NCBI GenBank assembly: GCA_963782525.1
Contig: CAWAKC010000005.1
Coordinates: forward strand, 32,001 to 96,000
Source: Candidatus Bathyarchaeota archaeon
GTDB taxonomy: Archaea > Thermoproteota > Bathyarchaeia > Bathyarchaeales > Bathycorpusculaceae
DNA: 64,000 bases
Reading direction: 5' to 3'
The notes beneath the pieces are model-generated. The model did not search any database. It was not told the origin of the DNA and saw only the letters and a list, made by a program, of their open reading frames with translations. Below, piece after piece: positions 1 to 9,506 of this stretch (positions are counted from its first letter, which is position 1; each line of letters opens with the position of its first letter). The position numbers and the translations under genes are program-made.

Positions 1-1209
1 TGCGCAAGACACGTAGCATGGATGATGAATATAACCAAAGGTTATGCCATAAAAATCGTTAATCCAGGCGGTTTAGAATCTTGGGGTTTTGGACACAACG
101 TTCACAGCATCGACGATCAAGTACCAAACTTCTGTATTACCCCACGCGAAATCGTATGTGGCTTAGCTAAAGTTAATGCAATGCTAAACTTGCCTCACTC
201 GATTCATCTTCACACAAACAACCTTGGACTACCTGGCAATTATACAACAACACTGGAAACGATGAAAGCGCTAGAAAGCGTCCCGCTTCAAAACGGCAGA
301 CCCGTTGGCCACATTACTCATTTACAATTCGCCAGTTTCGGCGGCGATGGCTGGGGCAACATGAAATCGGCTGCAGAAGAAGTCTCAAGTTACATTAATG
401 CCCATAACCATATGACTTTTGACATGGGACAAGTCATTTTCACAGACACCACAACCATGACAGCCGACGGACCCTTCGAGTTTACTCTCTACCAGCTCAG
501 CGGACACAAATGGGTAAACAGCGACGTCGAAACGGAAACCAGCGGCGGAATCATACCCTTCCACTACAAAAAGAACAACGCCGTAAACGCAAAACAATGG
601 TCAATCGGTTTAGAATTAGCCCTCCTAATCAAAGACCCCTGGAAAATGTTCCTGTCAACCGACCACCCCAACGGCGGACCATTCTTCTCTTACCCCAGAG
701 TTCTCGCCTGGCTATATAGCAAGAATGCGCGTGCAGCAACTCTCAAGCGTTGCCACAAGAAAGCTCAAAGAGCAAGCCTACTCACCTCAATAGACCGCGA
801 GCTTTCACTCTACGAGTTAGCTATAATGACCCGCGCTGGGCAAGCCAAAGCGTTAGGTCTCAAAAACAAAGGTCACCTTGGCGTAGGCGCAGACGCAGAT
901 GTTGCAATTTACGCAATTAACCCTGAAACAACCGACATAGCCCGCAAGTACAAGACAGTGCGAAGAGCGTTCAAACATGCGGCTTATACAATTAAAGACG
1001 GACAAGTCGTCGTTAAAGACGGCGAAGTAGTTGGGCAAGCTGATGGTAGAACCATGTGGATAGATGTCCAAACAAAGGAACCGTGCATAATTGATGACCA
1101 AATGAAGAGTAAATTCAGACAATACTGGACCGTTGACTACGAAAACTACCCAGTAAGCGACCACTACGTAAAAGTTAAAGACCCAATAATCATCAAGGCG
1201 AGCGTCTAA
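1..1209 (+). CDS. fwdA: Formylmethanofuran dehydrogenase subunit A (5'-truncated by window edge)
   Basis: Frame open from base 1. Amidohydrolase motifs HLHTNNLG, HITHLQF, STDHPNGGP and GHLGVGADADVA; directly followed by fwdC. Confidence 0.95.
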   Translation, partial: CARHVAWMMNITKGYAIKIVNPGGLESWGFGHNVHSIDDQVPNFCITPREIVCGLAKVNAMLNLPHSIHLHTNNLGLPGNYTTTLETMKALESVPLQNGRPVGHITHLQFASFGGDGWGNMKSAAEEVSSYINAHNHMTFDMGQVIFTDTTTMTADGPFEFTLYQLSGHKWVNSDVETETSGGIIPFHYKKNNAVNAKQWSIGLELALLIKDPWKMFLSTDHPNGGPFFSYPRVLAWLYSKNARAATLKRCHKKAQRASLLTSIDRELSLYELAIMTRAGQAKALGLKNKGHLGVGADADVAIYAINPETTDIARKYKTVRRAFKHAAYTIKDGQVVVKDGEVVGQADGRTMWIDVQTKEPCIIDDQMKSKFRQYWTVDYENYPVSDHYVKVKDPIIIKASV

Positions 1210-1210
1210 A

Positions 1211-2023
1211 ATGATAGTATTAACTCCACTCAAAAAATTCACTTTCCCAATCAATGCTGAATGCATAAACCCGGACATATTCCAGGGCAAAGACACCGCT
1301 GAAATAGGCAACCTCACCGTTTTCGAAGGCAACAAACAGAGAAAACTAAGTGACCTCTTCAAAATCGAAGAAGACAACGTTGAAGCAACTATCACCATAA
1401 ATGGCGACGTTAGCGAGGTCCGCAAGATTGGTGCGGGAATGAAAAACGGCGAAATCATAATCAATGGTGATGTCGGCATGCACCTGGGTGAAAAGATGGC
1501 AGGTGGCAAAATCACAGTCAACGGCGACGTATGCCAATGGGCAGGCGCATCAATGAAGAAAGGCTTAATCGAAATCCACGGCAACGCAGGAGACTATTTA
1601 GCTTCTCCGTACCGAGGAAGCACCGAAGGTATGAAAGGCGGCAAAATAGTTGTCGATGGCGATGTTGGAAGCGATTCCGGCGCTTATCTTCATGGAGGAT
1701 TAATCAAAATCAAAGGCAACAACGTCGGCCAGTTTTTAGGGTACCACATGAGCGATGGGACTATCCATGTTGAAAAGAACGCCACTACACGAGTAGGTGC
1801 AAACATGACTGGTGGAAAAATCATCGTTTCAGGTTACGTGGAGGAAGTCATGCCGAGCTTCACTATCGATAGTGTAAAACCAAAAGTCAAAGTTGATGTC
1901 ACCGAGTCTGCAGCTGGACCCTTCTACGTGTTCTTCGGCGACCTCGCAGAAAAAGGCACAGGCAAACTCTTCGTTTCAAAAACGAACAACCCACAAATGA
2001 AATCGTATGAAAAATACTTATAA
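1211..2023 (+). CDS. fwdC: Formylmethanofuran dehydrogenase subunit C
   Basis: Repeated GxxMxxGxIxIxG beta-helix motifs; 1 nt after fwdA stop. Confidence 0.95.
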   Translation: MIVLTPLKKFTFPINAECINPDIFQGKDTAEIGNLTVFEGNKQRKLSDLFKIEEDNVEATITINGDVSEVRKIGAGMKNGEIIINGDVGMHLGEKMAGGKITVNGDVCQWAGASMKKGLIEIHGNAGDYLASPYRGSTEGMKGGKIVVDGDVGSDSGAYLHGGLIKIKGNNVGQFLGYHMSDGTIHVEKNATTRVGANMTGGKIIVSGYVEEVMPSFTIDSVKPKVKVDVTESAAGPFYVFFGDLAEKGTGKLFVSKTNNPQMKSYEKYL

Positions 2024-2278
2024 TTTCTTTTTTGTTTGTTTTTGAAAGCTTTTTAAAACTTTTCTTTTATCCAAATAGCTTATGAGTATCACTATTAGGA
2101 ATGCAAGTAAGATTACGGTACCTATTGTTGAGATAATAGCGAGGTATATGTCGATGTATATTTTTAGAACTATGTACCCGTAAAAATTGCTCGCTGCGCC
2201 AAAAATAAAAAATGCTTCTAAAGCTAAGAGTCCTATTACGGCTAATCGGTCTTTAGTTTTTTGGTTTAGTGGTGTTAT
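2018..2278 (-). CDS. Putative small two-TM membrane protein (86 aa, ATA start; not in ORF track)
   Basis: Open frame ITPLNQKTKDRLAVIGLLALEAFFIFGAAS...YLAIISTIGTVILLAFLIVILISYLDKRK...KKKL*. GAGGAG lies 9 nt before ATA; there is no upstream in-frame ATG/GTG/TTG. Confidence 0.45.
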   Translation of the reverse strand: MTPLNQKTKDRLAVIGLLALEAFFIFGAASNFYGYIVLKIYIDIYLAIISTIGTVILLAFLIVILISYLDKRKVLKSFQKQTKKKL

Positions 2279-2527
2279 TTTTCTTTGCTCCTCTGAGAAC
2301 CTGGCATTTCAAGGTAAATGGATATTCTATTTTGTCATTGTAATAGATATATTAAAATGGATTTCTTAAGTCGTTTGAATCAGACATTTGATTTCTAACA
2401 AAACAAAAATCATGACGAAAACTTGAACAAATTGATTTAGAATTTTTGATTTTAGTTTCTTTCAAGAAGCCGAATGCCTTATCAACAGGGCTGAGTTCAA
2501 AACACAACAACACAAGAGGACAACATT

Positions 2528-3313
2528 ATGTGTCAAGTTGACATCGTAAAAATTGATTTGTCCAGTGGAAAAGCTCAAAAAATAGTTGATTACGTCGCAG
2601 AAGAATTTCCTCTCCAATTATTTGTTAACACAACTTTTTGGGCAACCATCCTTTGTTCACCAACCAACCTTAGGGAACTCGCTGTTGGGCACTTGCTCTC
2701 AGAAGGCATAGTGAAGTCGATAGGTGAAATAGAGGAAGTCACCCTCAACGAAAAAGAGCAATCCTGCACTGTTAAACTCATGCCCACGATCAAGGTAGAA
2801 GACAGAATCCAGATTTCGAGGCTCCATGCCCGCGTTATCCTGTCCGCATGCGGCAGCGGCTCACCCTATCAGTACAAAGGCAAAACCCCAAAAGTAGGAT
2901 CAACCTTGACAGTTAAAGCTCAAGTAATTTTCGACAGCGTTAACCAACTGAACTTTAAAGCTGAAGGCTTTAGGAAAACAGGGGGTTTGCATGTTGCAGC
3001 GATCTACAAGAGTGATGGCACACTCGTTTCTTTGGCTGAAGATGTTGGCAGGCACAACGCTGTGGATAAGGTGATCGGGATGGCAGCTTTGGGAAAGGTG
3101 GATTTTGGCGGCTGTTTTGTGGCTTTGAGCGGACGCATATCTGGCGATGTCGCGTTCAAGGCGGCTAAAGTTGGGTTGCCCATAGTAGCTTCACTGTCAG
3201 CTGCGCTTTCTTCAGGAATTGCCACTGCACAGGAATCGAACGTGACTTTAGCTGGGTTTGTACGTGGAAAACGCCTAAACGTTTACACCAACCCCGAACG
3301 AATAATCATCTAA
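2528..3313 (+). CDS. fdhD: FdhD/NarQ sulfurtransferase (Mo/W-bis-PGD cofactor sulfuration)
   Basis: Motifs EEFPL, LAVGHLLSEG, SACG, FRKTGGLH, EDVGRHNAVDKVIG, SGRIS, GFVRG. Confidence 0.93.
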   Translation: MCQVDIVKIDLSSGKAQKIVDYVAEEFPLQLFVNTTFWATILCSPTNLRELAVGHLLSEGIVKSIGEIEEVTLNEKEQSCTVKLMPTIKVEDRIQISRLHARVILSACGSGSPYQYKGKTPKVGSTLTVKAQVIFDSVNQLNFKAEGFRKTGGLHVAAIYKSDGTLVSLAEDVGRHNAVDKVIGMAALGKVDFGGCFVALSGRISGDVAFKAAKVGLPIVASLSAALSSGIATAQESNVTLAGFVRGKRLNVYTNPERIII

Positions 3314-4358
3314 CTTTTAACTTTTCGATTTGGGTTTCGCACCATGACTTGTCTGCCCTTGCCCTCTCAGCCAACATGTAACAGCCGTTTTTCTCGTAGA
3401 TTTCTGCTTCTGAAATATAATTGCGGGCAGCTTTTCCTAGAATTTCTTTGATTTCCTCAACTAATTCTTGCCTGCCACATTTCTCAAGAGTACTTAACAG
3501 ACTTTTGGCTTCATACTCACGGCTAATTGCAGCCCAAAATGCTGCGTCTTCGGTTTCAAACTGAACAGCACATTCTAAAAACTCCTTTGTTGCTCCCAAA
3601 AAATCAGAATTGTCTCGTTTCAGGGATGCTTCAGCTAGGCGCTGAATTTCCCCAGTGGCTAATGCCCCAAGGTTTAATTGTACATTTTCACCGAGTGCTC
3701 CTTGCCCTTGACGGGGAATCAGTCGACTTAGATCTTCTTGACAGTTTATGTTTATGAAACTTTTGAGTTCGGGGTCTATGTTTTTGATTTCGCCAAGTGG
3801 CGATAAGAGCAAAGTTTTCATAGCGCCTCTAATGATGTCGTCTGGGTGTGAGCGTCCCAGCAGGCAGAGAACAGTTGTGATCTCTAAAGCGCTCTTTCGT
3901 TCTAAAACCATGAGTAGTGTTTCGAGTCTTCCGTTTGGCCACATTGGAACTGCAACAATAGAACCGTCGATTTCGTTAAACATATATTCAGCGACTTTTG
4001 GGTTAAGCTTGGGGACATCACATGGAATTGTGATGCAGTGATCTGCGGTGGTCGCATTCAAGCCTGTTAAAATCGCAATTAAGGGACCGCTTAGGTCCTT
4101 GATTTTTAGGTCGGTTACAATTCTTGCTTTTTGTATATTATACTTTTCTAAAACTTCCCGATACTGAGATATCCTTATTTCATTCTCATTAACTACCACG
4201 ACTATCTCGTCAATGGTACCTTGAATGTTTTCGATGACATGAATTAAAAGGGGTTTGCCGTCCAGTTCAGCGAGTGCTTTATCCTGCCACTTGTCATTTG
4301 TGGTTTGGAATCTTTTGGCTTTTCCCCCCGCAAGAATGATTGCTGCCCGCTTAGTCAT
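3306..4358 (-). CDS. mobA: Molybdenum cofactor guanylyltransferase with extra C-terminal helical domain
   Basis: ILAGGKAKRF, DKAL, GPL, PCDVP and FININ motifs; adjacent to mobB. About 125 extra C-terminal residues. Confidence 0.85.
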   Translation of the reverse strand: MTKRAAIILAGGKAKRFQTTNDKWQDKALAELDGKPLLIHVIENIQGTIDEIVVVVNENEIRISQYREVLEKYNIQKARIVTDLKIKDLSGPLIAILTGLNATTADHCITIPCDVPKLNPKVAEYMFNEIDGSIVAVPMWPNGRLETLLMVLERKSALEITTVLCLLGRSHPDDIIRGAMKTLLLSPLGEIKNIDPELKSFININCQEDLSRLIPRQGQGALGENVQLNLGALATGEIQRLAEASLKRDNSDFLGATKEFLECAVQFETEDAAFWAAISREYEAKSLLSTLEKCGRQELVEEIKEILGKAARNYISEAEIYEKNGCYMLAERARADKSWCETQIEKLKVR

Positions 4359-4429
4359 TAACACTCTTGATAGTAGAAATCAGGGCAGTTTATCTAATTT
4401 TCTTGGAGCATACTCACTTTTGGCTCGTC

Positions 4430-4957
4430 TTAGATGGTTTTTTTTACTATTTCCAGCAGCTTAGCGCCTTCGTCAGGCAAGTTAATGAAAGGTATATCGC
4501 TGGGAGGCTGCTTGGCTTTAGCGATTAGTCCAGTAATTGCAATTATGGGTGGAACAGTCATGTTTAACGTCGTTTGGAGGTCTTCAGGCGTTTTTGCGGT
4601 TATGATTTTTAGGATTTCTGGTCTTTTGGAAATTTCTCCCTTAAATCCCTCGACGAAAATGATGTCTAATTTTTCATTTTCTAGATATTTAATGACTTTG
4701 TTTAAATCGTTTAGGGCTGCGGTTGTTTTTTCTATTATTGCTATTTCTTCAGGAGAAATAGCTACAGTAATTCTCGACCCTGCTTTGCTGAATCTCCAGG
4801 TGTTGGTGCCTTCTTTATCGATGGTGAAGCCTTCGCGGTGAATATGTTTTATTGAACCGATTCGGTAACCCTCACTGCTAAGATGGGAAATTAGATATTC
4901 TAGTGTGGTTGTTTTTCCTGAACCACTTATTCCGATAGCAGCAATTATAATAGCCAT
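4430..4957 (-). CDS. mobB: Molybdopterin-guanine dinucleotide biosynthesis protein B
   Basis: GISGSGKTT P-loop, IKHIH, IDKEGTNTWRF, VEGFK. Confidence 0.92.
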   Translation of the reverse strand: MAIIIAAIGISGSGKTTTLEYLISHLSSEGYRIGSIKHIHREGFTIDKEGTNTWRFSKAGSRITVAISPEEIAIIEKTTAALNDLNKVIKYLENEKLDIIFVEGFKGEISKRPEILKIITAKTPEDLQTTLNMTVPPIIAITGLIAKAKQPPSDIPFINLPDEGAKLLEIVKKTI

Positions 4958-5326
4958 TTGGCAGGTTACCTCTTCTGAAAAACTATTTGATGCGCTTTAA
5001 TAAACTCGGCGATTTAGCGCTCAACAAACCATTTATGTCTCGTATTCTTTGAGTTTTACCCGTATCTCGACTGGTTTTACTTCTTCCAATCAGTTCGTTG
5101 TTTCCTGCAACTAACCTTTCAAAGGTTTCTAGAATTAAGTGCTTAACCGCCCCGGATTGATTAAGAAAACGGGATTAAAGACGGGCAAGGAAGAAGTTGC
5201 TGCTGCTGATGCAACACCTTTTTGTACCTCGACTATTGCATCTTTCAGAACTAAACCCAAATTAGAATATTGAATTTTCCGAAGGTCTAATTGATTCGCG
5301 CCGGATAGGAGCCAGAGAAGTTGTTG

Positions 5327-5446
5327 TTGTTGTTGCAACTGCTTTCTGCAGACCGGTTGCAACAACAATCAAAGACAAACCCAATTGTAAAATTTGGCCT
5401 AATGAAAGAACAACAACAGCCAAAAAATTCAGCGTGTTGTTGTTCT
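5327..5446. repeat. Two perfect inverted repeats built on TGTTGTTG/CAACAACA
   Basis: TTGTTGTTGCAAC (5327-5339) / GTTGCAACAACAA (5356-5368) and AGAACAACAACA (5407-5418) / TGTTGTTGTTCT (5435-5446); both have 16-nt spacers. Confidence 0.7.
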
Positions 5447-5685
5447 ACCACAGACTTGCCTGCATTCACAAGCAATAAACATACTCATCAACAAAAACGA
5501 CAAACAACTACAGCTACGCCTTCAGCCCTTTATAGAAAGCTGTTTCCTATCAATATTTTATGAAATTCTATCGATACCTTTCCCACTTTTGAATAACAAA
5601 GGAAAAGCCATAACAAATAATGAGAATACTTTTCCTTTAAAAAATGTGATTCAAAACTAACTATCGCACGCTCTACTGATTAAGC

Positions 5686-6060
5686 CTACTCCGTGTCTTC
5701 TTCAAGTTTAACCCAGATTTTTCCAGATTTAATCTTCCAATCATACATAGTTAATTTAAAACCAGGCGCTTCCTCGTACTCACCTATCGTTAAATCGAAT
5801 CGCCAATCATGGCAGGGACAAACAATAACCAAGCCGTCAAGTGTGCCGCCTGATAAACTACATGCCATGTGGGGGCAACGGTTGTTTATAACGAAGATTT
5901 CGCCCTGTTTTTTAATGAATAGAACCGGCGTGCCTTCGACAGAGACGAGTTTCATTTTTCCTTCCTGCAACTCTTTTTCATCTAAGACCGGCACAAAACT
6001 ATTAGGGACTTCCATTTCAGGTACTCCATAAGTCTGATTAATAATTTGCTGAACAGACAT
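5686..6060 (-). CDS. Rieske [2Fe-2S] ferredoxin
   Basis: CPH...CPCH Rieske ligands (NRCPHM; IVCPCHDWRFDL). Confidence 0.9.
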   Translation of the reverse strand: MSVQQIINQTYGVPEMEVPNSFVPVLDEKELQEGKMKLVSVEGTPVLFIKKQGEIFVINNRCPHMACSLSGGTLDGLVIVCPCHDWRFDLTIGEYEEAPGFKLTMYDWKIKSGKIWVKLEEDTE

Positions 6061-6177
6061 TTAGAACTTGCCCATGGTCTCACCCAAAAAACAAAAGTAA
6101 CCCAATCCACAACAAAAAGCTGAAAAACCAACACCGCCAACAATCGAGCACAAAAAAATTTTAAATTGTGTAAACAA

Positions 6178-7806
6178 CTATTTTTCTCTGAACTTCACAA
6201 ACCAAACTGCGCCGCCAACCGCCGACGCCACAACCAAACCAATAATGATAAACAATGAATATTTCACGTAGATGGGCGGTTCATTTACTGTTATGGTTAA
6301 GGGTTCGCTGTCGCATCTCCAGGAACTTTGCGTTTCAGGAACGGTTGCGCTGACAGACCAAGCACCCGAAGAATCAGGCTTAAAGTTGGCTGTAAAATTG
6401 CCATTCTGGGTTACTGTGGCATTTACTGTTTGAGTGGAGTTGCTTGTAGAAAACTGCACCTTGACTTTTGAGTTGTTGTCGTTGGGTGTTATTTTCCCTG
6501 TTATAGTGATGTTTTCGCCGAGGCGTATGGGGTCTTTGATAACGTTGATGTTTAACGTAGGCTGCGCCTTCACTTTGTAGTTGCCTGTTGCCGTCATATT
6601 ATTGTTCAAAACGTCGCATGCATTTATTCGGTACTGCACAATTGAACCAGCCGTTTGTCCTGGAAGAGTAGCGTTGCATGTTTGGTTGCTGATTGCCATG
6701 TCAACGTTGGTGGTACTGGTCCAGTTGTTGGTGGTGTAGGATAGTTGAGCTGTTTGTAAGCTGGCGTTATTGGATAGATAAGAGATTTTTGCTGGGGTCT
6801 CGGGGTAAACTCTTGTTGGAATAACAAGTGGCGTCATCGATGTGTTTCCAAACTGGGTTTTAAGCATGAATTGGATGATTCCGCTACCTACTTCGCCGAT
6901 GAGAACTAAATGGTAGAGGTTTGCGCATGTGTTGGGTGATGTGTAGTTTAGAAACATTGATTTTCCCATGTATTCGCAGCTTGCATAAGCGACGCCTCGG
7001 TACCCGTTGCTTTCAAAATTGTAGCCACCCACCGAACCCGTCAAGTTACCGTACAATCCAGATTCCAGGGGCAATGGAAAAGAGTTTAAAGTGGGTGATT
7101 TAGCGTTGTTCATAAGGTAAAGTCTTGCTTCATACATATCTAGCGTTTGAGGAACATTGACGTACAACTCAACTTTGGATGCGTTGGTGGCGAATTCAAA
7201 GGCCCAGTTTGTGTAGAAACTTGAGTCAGGGCCGCTGGCTCCTTCCATGGGCGTTGTGTACCATTGGTCAGTTTCAAGATTTTCAATAATCATAAATGTT
7301 GCTTGCTGAGCACTTTCGCTGTCGTTGGGGTTATTTATTATGACAAAAGAGTAGTTTCCCGTTTGGGTGGGCGTAAAAAGTGCGTCGTTTACGGTTGTGC
7401 CTAAATGTTCTGGGAGCCCTGCTGCTTCGGTGTGTGTGCTCTCCAAGTTTCCAGATGGATCATAAACGTAGATGTCGTAGTCTGTTTTAGCTTGGGAGGA
7501 TATGTTTATGCAGGCTCCATAAAAGTACACGTGGTAGTTATGGTCTGCTTTTAAGGGGCAGGTGATTGTCCAGTTTGCGCCAATCTGTATTTGAGAATTG
7601 TTTATCATAACAGGGAAGATGGGTTTTTCAATGTAAGTGTAGTTTCCAGAGGCAGAGTTGACGTTGGTATGAACGTAGTTGGTGTATTCTGAGGCGGTGG
7701 TTAACTGTAGAACTGAAGCTTGCGCCAGAAATATAGGGCTGAACGCTAACACTATGATTGTAATCAACGATAGGATTTTTGTTTGGGGATGGGTTTTTGG
7801 GGGCAT
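6178..7806 (-). CDS. Secreted, C-terminally membrane-anchored surface (glyco)protein with Ig-like domains
   Basis: N-terminal signal peptide, Asn/Thr-rich beta sequence with many N-x-S/T sequons, Ig-like C-terminal domain, TM helix plus basic tail. Confidence 0.75.
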   Translation of the reverse strand: MPPKTHPQTKILSLITIIVLAFSPIFLAQASVLQLTTASEYTNYVHTNVNSASGNYTYIEKPIFPVMINNSQIQIGANWTITCPLKADHNYHVYFYGACINISSQAKTDYDIYVYDPSGNLESTHTEAAGLPEHLGTTVNDALFTPTQTGNYSFVIINNPNDSESAQQATFMIIENLETDQWYTTPMEGASGPDSSFYTNWAFEFATNASKVELYVNVPQTLDMYEARLYLMNNAKSPTLNSFPLPLESGLYGNLTGSVGGYNFESNGYRGVAYASCEYMGKSMFLNYTSPNTCANLYHLVLIGEVGSGIIQFMLKTQFGNTSMTPLVIPTRVYPETPAKISYLSNNASLQTAQLSYTTNNWTSTTNVDMAISNQTCNATLPGQTAGSIVQYRINACDVLNNNMTATGNYKVKAQPTLNINVIKDPIRLGENITITGKITPNDNNSKVKVQFSTSNSTQTVNATVTQNGNFTANFKPDSSGAWSVSATVPETQSSWRCDSEPLTITVNEPPIYVKYSLFIIIGLVVASAVGGAVWFVKFREK

Positions 7807-8117
7807 GGATTGCTCAGCTTGCAAGTTCAGTAAACTAAGTGATGCGTGCTAAACAATAATGGTTATGAAGGCTGAATCAATATTTCCACGACGTAATTGA
7901 CCGCCTGCGCTTTTTTGGAGTTTTTTGGGGAAACTTGGCAACTTTAACTATTTTCATTTTGGGTGATTTGGTGATTTTGGGACCTTATTTTTGATTTAGA
8001 TTGGTGAAGTGGCTTTAGCTTATGTAGTTGTGAGCAGAAGAGAGCGTATTGAATCTTGCTACGGAATACATTAATAAGGAATTGTCTGTCTTAACTGCTA
8101 CAGGTGAAAATAATCGC

Positions 8118-8642
8118 ATGAACCGCCTATTAAAAAACCGCCTCGCACTAAGCACAGTCATAACAACACTCATCATTCTAGTTGTATCCATCTTGCTCGC
8201 AAGCGTCCTAACATACTTCGCCATAAACGTAGTCAGCACAAGAGTTCAGGAAGAAAGTTTACACGTTTCTAATCAGCACATCTGGGTCGATCAAACAACA
8301 GGCAGCGCAGTAGGTGCAATAACGATAGCTAATATTGGTGGACGTGACGTAGTCATTAACAAAATTGCTGTACGTGGACAAGCAAGCGCATGGACAAATG
8401 TATACACCAATTCATCAGCTCTTGCCTCTAGCGGCGACATAGATTATGCCGCAGCCGCAGCACAGACAGATTTCACAGTAGCTTCAAAGGATTTGGTGCT
8501 ACCATCAGGTTCAACCATAGGTATAGTGATTACTGCACCAGACAGCATCACCCTCAATGACATCGGCCTAACAGTAAGCATCGGCGTTAACAGTGCTCAA
8601 GCCGTGTACTATAGCGAGACAAACATACAAGCAAACCCATAA
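8118..8642 (+). CDS. Type IV pilin/archaellin-like protein 1 (class III signal peptide)
   Basis: MNRLLKNRLA|LSTVITTLIILVVSILLA basic leader plus hydrophobic helix; AGGTGA Shine-Dalgarno before ATG 8118. Confidence 0.85.
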   Translation: MNRLLKNRLALSTVITTLIILVVSILLASVLTYFAINVVSTRVQEESLHVSNQHIWVDQTTGSAVGAITIANIGGRDVVINKIAVRGQASAWTNVYTNSSALASSGDIDYAAAAAQTDFTVASKDLVLPSGSTIGIVITAPDSITLNDIGLTVSIGVNSAQAVYYSETNIQANP

Positions 8643-9226
8643 AACTCAAAAACATATCCCGAAGACCTCTATTTTTTTATTTTTAATTATTTTTTGTAGA
8701 GTGTATTTTTTTTTACGCACAAGGTTACTTATTCAAAAATAGTGTAATTGCTCTTTCAAGGAGTAAAAAAATAATGAGAAACATAATGAAAAATCGTTTA
8801 GCTCTAAGCACAGTCGTAACAACGCTGATCATTCTCGTAGTTTCAGTGCTACTCGCAGGTGTCGTTACATACTTTGCAATCAACGTAACAAGCACAAGAG
8901 TTCAAGAAGAAAGCCTATCTGTTTCAAACCAGCACCTCTGGGTTTCTGGAACTGATGGTTCTGCAGTAGGCGCAATTACGGTGACTAACACTGGCGGACG
9001 CGACGTAGTCATTAGCAAAATCACTGTACGTGGACAAGCAAGCGCATGGACAAATGTATACACCAATTCATCAGCTCTTGCCTCTAGCGGCGACATAGAT
9101 TATGCCGCAGCCGCAGCACAGACAGATTTCACAGTAGCTTCAAAGGATTTGGTGCTACCATCAGGTTCAACCATAGGTATAGTGATTACTGCACCAGACA
9201 GCATCACCCTCAATGACATCGGCCTA
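8368..9226 (+). repeat. 203-bp perfect direct repeat (8368-8570 = 9024-9226) inside the two pilin genes
   Basis: Compared base by base from CTGTACGTGGACAAG to GACATCGGCCTA with no mismatch; flanks differ. Confidence 0.95.
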
Positions 9227-9298
9227 TCAGTTGCATTCACCGTCTTCACCTCGCAAGCGATGTACTATAAAGAAACAAACATACAAGCAGCGCCATAA
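8774..9298 (+). CDS. Type IV pilin/archaellin-like protein 2
   Basis: MRNIMKNRLA|LSTVVTTLIILVVSVLLAG; paralog of pilin 1; AGGAG Shine-Dalgarno. Confidence 0.88.
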   Translation: MRNIMKNRLALSTVVTTLIILVVSVLLAGVVTYFAINVTSTRVQEESLSVSNQHLWVSGTDGSAVGAITVTNTGGRDVVISKITVRGQASAWTNVYTNSSALASSGDIDYAAAAAQTDFTVASKDLVLPSGSTIGIVITAPDSITLNDIGLSVAFTVFTSQAMYYKETNIQAAP

Positions 9299-9506
9299 TC
9301 ATAGGTTAAAATAAATAACCTAAGAAAAATCCCCCCCCACTTTCTTTTCTCTTTTTAAAAAACTTTTTCAATAACATTAATTATGAGGCAATTTGATTTT
9401 TCACCCAATTTTTCCAAAACAATCTGTCTATTGTTTTACACACAAACGGCTTAATCCAATTTTTCCCATGTATTACAAAATAAGCGTTTATGTGTGAGAG
9501 GATAGC

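Noticed and set aside
5135-5563. Short Gln/Asn/Cys-rich ORFs and a possible CRISPR-like repeat (GTTGCAAC)
   Set aside because: The ORFs are translations of (CAA/TTG)n tracts, and there is no regular repeat-spacer periodicity and no cas gene.
8368-9226. Diversity-generating retroelement template/variable repeat pair
   Set aside because: The copies are identical with no adenine-specific mismatches, both lie in coding genes, and no reverse transcriptase is present.
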